A stretch of 26,000 bases of DNA, from positions 1 through 26,000 of the forward strand of contig JBAXOY010000036.1 in the NCBI GenBank assembly GCA_037133055.1, in the 5' to 3' direction. A model generated the notes under the pieces. The model worked only from the letters and a program-made list of their open reading frames with translations. It did no database searches and was not told the DNA's origin. Position numbers and translations under genes: made by a program. Below, in pieces: positions 8,867 through 16,492 of the stretch. Positions within the stretch are counted from its first letter, which is position 1. Every line of letters begins with the position of its first letter. The DNA is from Chlamydiota bacterium (lineage in GTDB: Bacteria; Auribacterota; Tritonobacteria; UBA1439).

Positions 8867-9397
8867 TCACGCCTCCCTGGGAGCTTCAGGGGAACCGTCG
8901 AAGACGCAACGCCCGGCGAGCACGAACGCCTGCGGGCCGTAGTCCCTGCGCACCGCGGTCCTCAAACCGGACCGGAACGTGCGGCACCAGCGGCACCGGC
9001 CGTCCTTGCCCTGGCCGGTGATGCGGAGCTCCATCCGCCCCCTCTCGAGCGACGTGAGGTTCACCGCGGCCCCCTCGACCTTCGCCTTGCTGTTGGCCCA
9101 GGTGTTGATGTCGTACACCAGGGTCAGCATCGGGGCACCGGTGAACTGCATGAGCCAGCGGCAGCCCGGGCCGTGATCCTTCTCCCCGTCGAAACCGAGC
9201 GTGAGCGACTTCTCCTCTTCCCCACCCGCCGCCGGCGGAACGACCGCGAGCTCGGCGCACGGGTACGTCAGGTCCCTGAACCCCGCGCCCGCAAACCTGA
9301 CGCGCACGGTCTTCCGCCCCGCGCTGAAGCCGGCCACATCGCCCTTCCCGTACCGGGGGTGCGTCACCCCCGTCCCCACCGCCAGACCCCCATCCAT
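8867..9397 (-). CDS. Hypothetical protein: PcrA/UvrD C-terminal Tudor-like N-domain plus Cys/His-containing domain
   Basis: N-terminus GTGVTHPRYGKGDV...VRVRFAGAGFRDL resembles G.RV.HPKFG.G.V...V.F...G.K.L. The C-terminal part has HGPGC and CRWC. The ORF fills the gap in the minus-strand gene run. Confidence 0.6.
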   Translation of the reverse strand: MDGGLAVGTGVTHPRYGKGDVAGFSAGRKTVRVRFAGAGFRDLTYPCAELAVVPPAAGGEEEKSLTLGFDGEKDHGPGCRWLMQFTGAPMLTLVYDINTWANSKAKVEGAAVNLTSLERGRMELRITGQGKDGRCRWCRTFRSGLRTAVRRDYGPQAFVLAGRCVFDGSPEAPREA

Positions 9398-9403
9398 ACC
9401 CCA

Positions 9404-9436
9404 CCCCCTTTCACCCTATTAGTCGGGGAAAGGGGG
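9404..9436. other. Stem-loop (9-bp stem CCCCCTTTC/GAAAGGGGG) just upstream of the 9397 start codon
   Basis: Inverted repeat at 9404-9412 and 9428-9436. Confidence 0.5.
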
Positions 9437-9508
9437 AATTTATTACAGACTATTTTTTGACGGATGGGCCGGAGGCGTCCCGTGGGATGAACTCCGCCGC
9501 GCCGCATT

Positions 9509-10492
9509 TCACACCACCGCCGACGACCCCGGGGACCTGATGCACCTCCGCGCCGCCTCGCCCGGAGCAAAGCGCGCCCCCGGGAGCGCGACGATTCCCT
9601 CGATCCTGCACCCGTTCCCGACGGCGCAGCCATCGCCGAGGGCCACGCCGGGTCCGATCACGCTCCCCGCGCCTATCGCGCATGCGGGCCCGACAAGGAC
9701 AGGCGGGACAAACTCCACACCGGGGAAGCGGCTCCGCTGCGTTTCAGACGGTTCAGGGGCAGCCGTGTCCCGGCAGTGCGAGGGCATCTCCCCGCGGAGG
9801 AAGTCCATGTTGGCGTCGAAATAGCTCGCGAGCGTTCCGGTGTCCCTCCAGTAGCCCGCGGCACGGTACGCGGCCACGCGCTCCCCCGCAGCGAGCATGG
9901 GGAGGTAGCCGCCCCCGGTGATGCACGACGGCATTCCCGCGGGGAGGTACCGGAAGATCTCCCGCGAGAGGATGTGGATGCCCGTAAAGATGACGGGCGT
10001 GAGGCCCTTCCCGCTTCCCCGGCCGAGGATGCGCCGGACCATTCCCTCCCCGTCCACCTCGACCCTGCCGTAGCCCCCCGCCGGGTCCCACTCCCGCACC
10101 ACCATCGTCGCCGCGGCGCCGGTGTCACCGTGCCGCCGCACCGCCTCCCCGAGGTCCGCCTCCATCAGCGCATCCGCGTTGGCCAGGATGAACGGTTCAT
10201 CCGCAAAAAACCGCTCGACCTTCTTCAATCCCCCCCCGGTACCCAGCATCTCCGGCTCGATCGAATAGGTTATGCGCATCTCTCCGCGGTACGACTCTCC
10301 CACGGACGACCGGACCTGCTCCGCCAGGTGGTGGAGGTTGACCACGACCTCCCGCACCCCCGCGCGGCGGAGGAGCTCGAGGACGCACTGTATCTGGGGA
10401 CGGTTCGCGACGGGGAGGAGCGGTTTCGGGGTCTCTTCCGTGAAGGGCCTGAGTCGCGTGCCGAGTCCTGCGGCCAATATCATCGCCCGCAT
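9509..10492 (-). CDS. NDP-sugar nucleotidyltransferase, probable MurNAc-alpha-1-P uridylyltransferase (MurU-like), with short C-terminal hexapeptide beta-helix
   Basis: Motifs AMILAAGLGTRLRP..PKPL, GTGGGLK and YWRDTGT; starts 1 bp after the amgK-like kinase stop. Confidence 0.8.
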   Translation of the reverse strand: MRAMILAAGLGTRLRPFTEETPKPLLPVANRPQIQCVLELLRRAGVREVVVNLHHLAEQVRSSVGESYRGEMRITYSIEPEMLGTGGGLKKVERFFADEPFILANADALMEADLGEAVRRHGDTGAAATMVVREWDPAGGYGRVEVDGEGMVRRILGRGSGKGLTPVIFTGIHILSREIFRYLPAGMPSCITGGGYLPMLAAGERVAAYRAAGYWRDTGTLASYFDANMDFLRGEMPSHCRDTAAPEPSETQRSRFPGVEFVPPVLVGPACAIGAGSVIGPGVALGDGCAVGNGCRIEGIVALPGARFAPGEAARRCIRSPGSSAVV

Positions 10493-10493
10493 C

Positions 10494-11504
10494 TCACCCT
10501 CCCCGCCCGAGCTGCGGCACGCGGCGCGCGAGCAGCTTCATGCATCCGTCCATGAACGGGAATTTCGGCGCGTTCTCGCGCACGTAGGCGAGGGTGGAAT
10601 CGAGGGAGCCGAGGTAGCGGCGGTTGCCCCTCACGACGGCCATGGCGCCGAACGTGCCGCACGCCTTCAGGTTTCTCTGGAGGCTCGCGAGGTCGAGGCG
10701 CTCCATGAACTCCGCGCGGTCCCGCCACTCCATTCCCCGGTCGCGGCTCGCGGCGAGGTAATAATCCGCCATCTCCGCGCGGAACGCCCCCTCGATCACG
10801 GCGTAGGAATCCCTGAGGAGCGAGGCGAGGTCGTACTGGCAGGGGCCCATGCGCGCGTCCTGGAAGTCCACGATGCCGAGGCGCTCCCCGACCACCATCA
10901 GGTTCCGGCTGTGATAGTCGCGGTGGTTCAGCACCCGTGGCATCGCGGCGAGCCGGGCCGAAAGCTCCGCGAATCCGCTCCGGATCTCCTCCCGCTCGAC
11001 GGGCGAGAGCGCGGCCCCGCAGAGCCCCTCCACGGTGTGCAGGAGGAAGAAGTCGAGCTCCTCCATCAGCTTCCGCTCGTCGAAGGCGCGGCGGAACGCG
11101 ACGCAGTCGCGCCGGGCGCATGTCCCCGAGACCTGGATCGCGAGCAGCTCGTCGATGGCGAGGCGGTAAAGGCGCCGGCGCTCGTCCCCGCCCGCGCCCG
11201 AAAGGCGCTCCTCGAGCGTCAGGTCCCCGAAATCCTCCATGAGCACGATGCCGTTCTCGCGGTCCCACTCGTAGATCTCGGGCACCGCGGCGCCGCACGC
11301 GGCGAGGTGGTCCCGGACCTCGACGAATATCCGGTCCTCCCCGGGCAGGGGCTCGTCGCGCGTCATCAGCACCGCGCTCCCCGCCCGGAGGGCGACCCGG
11401 TAGAACGAGCGCGTGGAGGCGTCGCCCCTGAGCCGCACCGGGGCCCCGACCACGCCCCTTGCCCCCGCGAAGGCCTCGATTCTGTTTTCCTTTGACTGCG
11501 GCAT
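10494..11504 (-). CDS. amgK: Anomeric MurNAc/GlcNAc kinase (AmgK-like, APH/choline-kinase fold)
   Basis: Motifs GDASTRSFYR, MEDFGD, HRDYHSRNLM, DFQDARMGP..YDLASLLRD and QRNLKACGTF; adjacent to a nucleotidyltransferase. Confidence 0.8.
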   Translation of the reverse strand: MPQSKENRIEAFAGARGVVGAPVRLRGDASTRSFYRVALRAGSAVLMTRDEPLPGEDRIFVEVRDHLAACGAAVPEIYEWDRENGIVLMEDFGDLTLEERLSGAGGDERRRLYRLAIDELLAIQVSGTCARRDCVAFRRAFDERKLMEELDFFLLHTVEGLCGAALSPVEREEIRSGFAELSARLAAMPRVLNHRDYHSRNLMVVGERLGIVDFQDARMGPCQYDLASLLRDSYAVIEGAFRAEMADYYLAASRDRGMEWRDRAEFMERLDLASLQRNLKACGTFGAMAVVRGNRRYLGSLDSTLAYVRENAPKFPFMDGCMKLLARRVPQLGRGG

Positions 11505-11530
11505 GGGGAATCTCTATGATGATGCGGTTT

Positions 11531-11546
11531 TGGGAGCCTGTCCGAG
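11531..11546 (+). repeat. 16-bp intergenic dispersed repeat TGGGAGCCTGTCCGAG, copy 2
   Basis: Identical to 686-701; lies in the divergent amgK/ldcA intergenic region. Confidence 0.6.
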
Positions 11547-11610
11547 AGCCCTCGCGTGCACCGCTCCGGGAGACCCGCCGAGGCGCTATCTTATCACCAG
11601 TCGGGACCGC

Positions 11611-12546
11611 ATGACCAGCGTCATCAAACCGCCGCCGATCGGGAAAGGCGACACCATCGGAATCGCCGCGCCGGCGAGCCCGTTCGACCGGGAGGCGTTC
11701 CTCCGGGGGGTTCGCGCCGTCGAGAACGCGGGCTATCGGGTCGAGTTCGGGGAGGGGATCTTCTCGCGGGACGGCTACCTCGCGGGGAGCGACCGGAGGC
11801 GGGCCGATGAGCTGATGGGGCTTTTCGCCGACACCCGGGTGAAGGCGATCTTCTGCGCCCGCGGGGGCTACGGATCACAGCGCATCCTGCCGCTTCTCGA
11901 CCCGGAACCGGTCCGCCGGGATCCGAAGATCTTTCTCGGCTACAGCGACATCACCGCCCTGCACGGGTTCCTCGGGAAGGCGTGCGGGCTCGTCACCTTC
12001 CACGGCCCCCTCGTGACCGAAATGGGCCGGATGACTCCCCCCGCGCTCCAGGCGCTCTTCTCCTCGCTCGGGGATACCGCGCCGTGGGGAGCACTCGACG
12101 CGCCGGGGATTGAGACGCTGCGCGCCGGAGACGCGGAGGGGACGATCTCGGGGGGGAGCCTCTCCGTCTTCTGCGCGATGCTCGGCACCCCCTACGCGCC
12201 CGAGACCGAAGGCCGGATCCTGTTTTTCGAGGACCGGGGCGAAAAGCCGTACGCCGTCGACCGGCTCTTCTCCACCTTGAGGATCTCGGGCGTCCTCGGG
12301 GCGGCGCGGGGCCTGCTGCTCGGCCGCTTCATCCCGCCCGCGGGATGGGACGAGGGAGAGGAGCGCTATCAGGATGAGATCCGGCGCAGCGCGCGGGAAG
12401 CGGCGGAGGGGTACGCGTTCCCGATCCTGGCGGGCTTCCCCGCGGGGCACTTCCCCGGGAACACCTGCTTCCCGCTCGGCGTCCGCCTCGCCGTCGACGG
12501 CGGGCGCGGGACAGCAACCGTCACGGAGCCGTGCCTGGCGGAGTGA
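11611..12546 (+). CDS. ldcA: Murein tetrapeptide LD-carboxypeptidase (peptidase S66)
   Basis: Motifs GDTIGIAAPASP and RGGYGS; Ser-Glu-His triad contexts GYSDIT, FFEDRGE and PAGH. Start ATG 11611. Confidence 0.88.
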   Translation: MTSVIKPPPIGKGDTIGIAAPASPFDREAFLRGVRAVENAGYRVEFGEGIFSRDGYLAGSDRRRADELMGLFADTRVKAIFCARGGYGSQRILPLLDPEPVRRDPKIFLGYSDITALHGFLGKACGLVTFHGPLVTEMGRMTPPALQALFSSLGDTAPWGALDAPGIETLRAGDAEGTISGGSLSVFCAMLGTPYAPETEGRILFFEDRGEKPYAVDRLFSTLRISGVLGAARGLLLGRFIPPAGWDEGEERYQDEIRRSAREAAEGYAFPILAGFPAGHFPGNTCFPLGVRLAVDGGRGTATVTEPCLAE

Positions 12547-12605
12547 ACAGGCGCCGCGGAGGGGCAGCCCGTGATCAGCCGCGGGCACGAAAGGAACCGC
12601 ACGCG

Positions 12606-14021
12606 ATGAATGTCCACCTCTGCGCGATCTGCGGGATGGGGATGGGTTCGTTCGCGCAGCTCCTCAGGGCGGGCGGCCACCGGGTGAGCGGCTCGGATGC
12701 GAGCTACTACCCGCCGATGTCCTCCCTTCTCGCGCGGATGGAGATCGAGATCAAGACCGGCTTCAGCCCCGCGCACATCCCCCCGGATACCGACCTCGTG
12801 ATAATCGGGAACGCGGTGCGCGCGGACAACCCCGAGGTGGAGGAGACGCTCCGCCGGGGCCTGCGCTACCTCTCGTTCCCCGGGGCGCTCGAGGAGATGT
12901 ACCTCGCGCACCGGACGAGCGTGGTCGTCGCCGGCACGCATGGCAAGACCACCACCTCCTCCCTCATCGCCTTGCTCCTCCACCACGCGGGCCTCGAGCC
13001 CGGGTTCCTCATCGGGGGGGTGCTGCGAAACTTCGACTCGTCGAGCGCCCTCGGCGCGGGCCCCCACTTCGTCGTCGAGGGGGACGAATACCACACGGCC
13101 TTCTTCGACCGGGCCCCGAAATTCCTGCACTACCGCCCGACGATCGGGGTGCTCACCAGCGTCGACTTCGACCACGCGGACATCTTCAGCGGCCTCGACG
13201 CGTGCAAGGAGACCTTCGCCCGGTTCGCGTCCCTCGTCCCCGCCCGCGGGAAACTGATTGCGTGCGCCGACAACCCCCACGTCCGCGAGATCTGCGCGGG
13301 GAAACTCGCGGCGCCGGTCGAAACGTACGGCTTTCGCGAGGACGCCGCGTGGCGCCTCTCCGGGTATGAGGGTTCCGCCGCGGGGTCGCGCTTCACTCTT
13401 TCCCGCCGCGGGGGGGCCGCCCACCGCGTCGAGTCCCCGCTCTCCGGGACGCACAACGCCCTGAACGCCGCGGCCGCGTTCGCCGCCGCCTCCGCCCTCG
13501 GCGTGGCCCCGGGCCGGATCCTTTCGGGGCTGACGCGTTTCCAGGGGGTGAAGCGCCGGCAGGAGGTGTGCGGGGAGGCGCGCGGCGTCACGGTCATCGA
13601 CGATTTCGCGCACCACCCCACCGAGGTGCGGGAGACGATTGCGGCGCTGAAGGAGCGCTACGCGGGCCGCCGGGTGTGGGCCGTCTGGGAGCCGCGGACG
13701 AACTCGAGCCGGAGGGATTTCTTCCAGGACGAATACCCCGGGGCGTTCCTGAAGGCGGACCGCGCCATCGTCGCGGGGGTCTTCCACGCCGAGCAGATCG
13801 AGACGGGCCGCCGCTTCTCGCCGGAGAAGCTCGCCGCCGATCTCAGGGGACAGGGAGTGGACGCGCGCTGCATCGAGCGCGTCGACGATATCCTTGCGGC
13901 GCTCCTCGCGGAGCTTTGCCCCGGGGACGTCGTCCTCGTCATGTCGAACGGGGACTTCGGGAAGCTCCACGAGCGCCTGCTCGCGGGGCTCGGGGAAGTG
14001 ACACGGCATTCCCACGCGTAA
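12606..14021 (+). CDS. mpl: UDP-MurNAc:L-Ala-gamma-D-Glu-mDAP ligase (murein peptide ligase)
   Basis: Motifs HLCAICGMGMG, YPPMS, GNAVRADNPE, AGTHGKTTT, EGDEY, DFAHHPT, WEPRTNSSR and MSNGDFG; AAAGGA RBS before ATG 12606. Confidence 0.88.
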   Translation: MNVHLCAICGMGMGSFAQLLRAGGHRVSGSDASYYPPMSSLLARMEIEIKTGFSPAHIPPDTDLVIIGNAVRADNPEVEETLRRGLRYLSFPGALEEMYLAHRTSVVVAGTHGKTTTSSLIALLLHHAGLEPGFLIGGVLRNFDSSSALGAGPHFVVEGDEYHTAFFDRAPKFLHYRPTIGVLTSVDFDHADIFSGLDACKETFARFASLVPARGKLIACADNPHVREICAGKLAAPVETYGFREDAAWRLSGYEGSAAGSRFTLSRRGGAAHRVESPLSGTHNALNAAAAFAAASALGVAPGRILSGLTRFQGVKRRQEVCGEARGVTVIDDFAHHPTEVRETIAALKERYAGRRVWAVWEPRTNSSRRDFFQDEYPGAFLKADRAIVAGVFHAEQIETGRRFSPEKLAADLRGQGVDARCIERVDDILAALLAELCPGDVVLVMSNGDFGKLHERLLAGLGEVTRHSHA

Positions 14022-14033
14022 CGCACACCCTCG

Positions 14034-14155
14034 CCACGGAGGACACGGGATACTACAGTCGCGTCAGCGTGTGGGCGTAACTGAGGGACAGCACGAAAAA
14101 CCAAAACGGACTGCTTCACCACGGAGGACACGGAGAGCACGGAGGTTCACGGAGA
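14034..14155 (+). repeat. CACGGAG-core ~9-mer tandem repeats (pair at 14034-14050, four units at 14120-14154)
   Basis: Sequence reads ccacggaggacacggga ... cacggag ga cacggag ag cacggag gtt cacggag a. Confidence 0.85.
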
Positions 14156-14169
14156 AAGCGTCTCGCCGC

Positions 14170-14202
14170 TTGAACTGCTTGAACCGTTTGAACCGTTTGA
14201 AC
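14170..14202 (+). repeat. TTGAACCGT 9-mer tandem repeat (~3.7 units)
   Basis: Sequence reads ttgaactgc ttgaaccgt ttgaaccgt ttgaac. Confidence 0.85.
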
Positions 14203-14219
14203 AGGCTTTTTATCCGCGT

Positions 14220-14768
14220 TCACGGGGCGATCGTCTGACGGCAGTACTCTATCTCCTTCATCAAATTCTTGACCACCGTGTAGGCGGCCTTCTCAACCGA
14301 GCTCACCTCGAATTCGGTCTGCTCCTTGGTGTCCGTCTTGTAGATCAACCGGCCCGTCTTCGGATCGGTGAGCTTCATCCGCGCGTAGACGACCTTCTCG
14401 CTGACGAGCTTGTTCTCGATGGTGAACGGGAGAGGCTCCTCGGACGGCACCGGCCCGAGCTCCTCCGTCATGTCCGTCTCGATCACCGCGTCGGCCTTCG
14501 CGGGAGCGGCGGCGACCCTGAAGCGCCCCTTCCCCCGGCGGCCCAGCTCGTCGATGATGCACCCCTTCATCTCGAGGGCCTCTTCGTTGTCATGCGCGCC
14601 GCGGACGTTCTCCACGTAGATGGTCCGCACCTTCAGGAGCCGCGCCATCATCTCCGGGTGGTTCGTGTAGTAGCCCGACATCGCCCGGCCCCCGCTCATG
14701 CAGGATGCGAGCGACACGAGGCTGCAGACGACGAGCGGCACGCCCGCTTTTTTCCATTGATGCGTCAT
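14220..14768 (-). CDS. Hypothetical lipoprotein
   Basis: Signal MTHQWKKAGVPLVVCSLVSLASC with lipobox LASC; GGAGGAG RBS; balanced amino-acid composition. Confidence 0.75.
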   Translation of the reverse strand: MTHQWKKAGVPLVVCSLVSLASCMSGGRAMSGYYTNHPEMMARLLKVRTIYVENVRGAHDNEEALEMKGCIIDELGRRGKGRFRVAAAPAKADAVIETDMTEELGPVPSEEPLPFTIENKLVSEKVVYARMKLTDPKTGRLIYKTDTKEQTEFEVSSVEKAAYTVVKNLMKEIEYCRQTIAP

Positions 14769-14811
14769 CGCGGTATCTCCTCCGATCTGTGGGGGACGAG
14801 TTCCGTGCCGG

Positions 14812-14841
14812 ATTGTAGCTCCTCGACGCCGCCGGGGACAA
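14812..14841 (-). promoter_or_regulatory. Putative sigma70 promoter of the lipoprotein gene (TTGTCC-18 bp-TACAAT)
   Basis: Plus strand shows attgta at 14812-14817 and ggacaa at 14836-14841. Confidence 0.4.
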
Positions 14842-14895
14842 CGAAAAAGCTCGGGCCCGGTGAGGAAGCGGGAAGGCTGCCATGAACGGGCGGCG

Positions 14896-15102
14896 TCAGT
14901 GCTTCAGTCTGACCACGTTGACGGCCTGTTCTCCCCGGGGGCCGGGCGCCACCTCGAACTCCACCGCCTCACCCTCGACGAGCGTCCTGAACGCGCCCCC
15001 GGCGATCGATTTGTAGTGAACGAAGAGTTCCCCGCCGCCCTCGGGCACGATGAACCCGTATCCCTTCCTGTCGTTGAACCACTTCACGGTTCCCCTGGGC
15101 AT
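14896..15102 (-). CDS. csp: Cold-shock domain protein (CspA family)
   Basis: MPRGTVKWFNDRKGYGFI (RNP1), LFVHYKSI (RNP2) and QAVNV; 68 aa. Confidence 0.93.
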   Translation of the reverse strand: MPRGTVKWFNDRKGYGFIVPEGGGELFVHYKSIAGGAFRTLVEGEAVEFEVAPGPRGEQAVNVVRLKH

Positions 15103-15127
15103 TGTCAGACGGTCCCTTCCCGCGCCC

Positions 15128-15136
15128 ATTATAGCA
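15128..15136 (-). promoter_or_regulatory. Extended -10 element (TGCTATAAT) for csp
   Basis: Plus strand attatagca, which is a perfect TGn-TATAAT on the minus strand, 25 bp upstream of the csp ATG. Confidence 0.6.
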
Positions 15137-15211
15137 CGTCGCCCCGGGGCGAAAGCGGCTCAATCAGCGGCTCACCTCGGCGCTTTCCACGGAATCGCGG
15201 CCCGCGATCTT

Positions 15212-15220
15212 TGCTATACT
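15212..15220 (+). promoter_or_regulatory. Extended -10 element (TGCTATACT) for the rmuC operon
   Basis: TGn-TATACT 21 bp upstream of the rmuC ATG, followed by an AAGGAGG RBS. Confidence 0.55.
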
Positions 15221-15241
15221 ACGGGGCGAAGGAGGGATGCC

Positions 15242-16471
15242 ATGCTCCAGTTCCTGCTTCTCCTCGCCGCGGCGGGCGCTGCCGGCATCGTCGCAAGTTA
15301 TTTCTGGAAGGCGAAGGCCGACCGCGCCGCCGACGAGCTCCGGGCGCGTCTCGAAGCGGAAAAGGCCCGCGATCTCGAGGCGCTGCTCGACAGGCTCAAG
15401 GGCTCTTTCGCCATCCTCTCCCAGGAGGCCCTCGAACGCAGCACCGACGGGTTCCTGAAGCTCGCCGGCCAGACGCTCGGGACGAAGGTGAAGGAGGGGG
15501 AGAAGGAGCTCGAGGGCAAAAAGCAGCTCATCGACCAGAGCCTGAAAACCATGACCGCGGAGCTCGACAAGGTCCGCGCCGCGCTTCGCGAATTCGAGAA
15601 CGAGCGCGGCCGGCAGTACGGCTCGCTCACGAGCCAGCTCAAGTCCGCGGGAGAGGTCACCGCCCGCCTCGAGCAGACCACGGGACAGCTCACGGCGGCG
15701 CTGGCGAGCACGAAGCAGCGCGGCCAGTGGGGCGAGCGCATGGCCGAGGACGTGCTGCGCCTCGCCGGGTTCAAGGAGGGGATACAGTACACCGCGCAGA
15801 AGGGGATCGAGGGCGTCGACGCGCGCCCCGACTTCACCTTCTTCCTCCCCGGCGGCCTCGTCGTCAACATGGACGTGAAATTCCCGCTCGACAACTACCT
15901 CAAGTGCGTCTCCGCCCAGAGCGACGGGGACAGGGAGCGGCACAAGGCCCAGTTTCTGCGTGACGTGCAGAACCGGATCAAGGAGGTCACCGGCAGGGAG
16001 TACATAAACCCCGAGTCCCGCACCGTGGATTACGTCCTCGTCTTCATCCCGAACGAGCAGGTCTACGCCTTCATATGGGAAAACGCCCGGGAGATCATCG
16101 ACCGCGGGCTCGAGAAGAAGGTCCTCATCTGCTCGCCGGTGACGCTCCTCGCCATACTCGGCGTCATCCGCCGGGCGGTCGAGAACTTCAACCTGGAGAA
16201 GACGACCGCGAACATCCTTTCGCTCCTCGGCGCGTTCTACAAGCAGTGGAACAAGTTCACCGAGGGGATGGAGAAGATGGGCAAGAAGATCGGCGAGGCC
16301 GAGGAGGAGTACCAGCGCCTCGTCTCCACGAGGAGAACCGGACTCGAGCGCCCGCTCAGGAAGATCGACGAGCTCCGCCAGAAAGGCGGGATCGAGATCG
16401 CGGAGCTCCCGGAGGGAGACGCCGACGAGGGGGCCGACGGGGGCGGGGAGGACATCCTCAAGGCCTCCTGA
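15242..16471 (+). CDS. rmuC: DNA recombination protein RmuC (TM anchor, coiled coil, PD-(D/E)XK-like domain)
   Basis: N-terminal TM helix and coiled coil; motifs RGQWGE, RPDFTFFLPG...MDVKFPLDNY, VLVFIPNE and SPVTLLAIL; AAGGAGG RBS before ATG 15242. Confidence 0.9.
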   Translation: MLQFLLLLAAAGAAGIVASYFWKAKADRAADELRARLEAEKARDLEALLDRLKGSFAILSQEALERSTDGFLKLAGQTLGTKVKEGEKELEGKKQLIDQSLKTMTAELDKVRAALREFENERGRQYGSLTSQLKSAGEVTARLEQTTGQLTAALASTKQRGQWGERMAEDVLRLAGFKEGIQYTAQKGIEGVDARPDFTFFLPGGLVVNMDVKFPLDNYLKCVSAQSDGDRERHKAQFLRDVQNRIKEVTGREYINPESRTVDYVLVFIPNEQVYAFIWENAREIIDRGLEKKVLICSPVTLLAILGVIRRAVENFNLEKTTANILSLLGAFYKQWNKFTEGMEKMGKKIGEAEEEYQRLVSTRRTGLERPLRKIDELRQKGGIEIAELPEGDADEGADGGGEDILKAS

Positions 16472-16492
16472 GCGCCGGAGACACGGGCCGCC

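Noticed and set aside
12369..14015. 548-aa minus-strand ORF
   Set aside because: Antisense shadow of mpl/ldcA with no recognisable domain.
14034..14202. Possible CRISPR array (also considered for 25717-26000)
   Set aside because: Units are 7-10 bp in tandem with no unique 25-45-bp spacers, and there are no cas genes.
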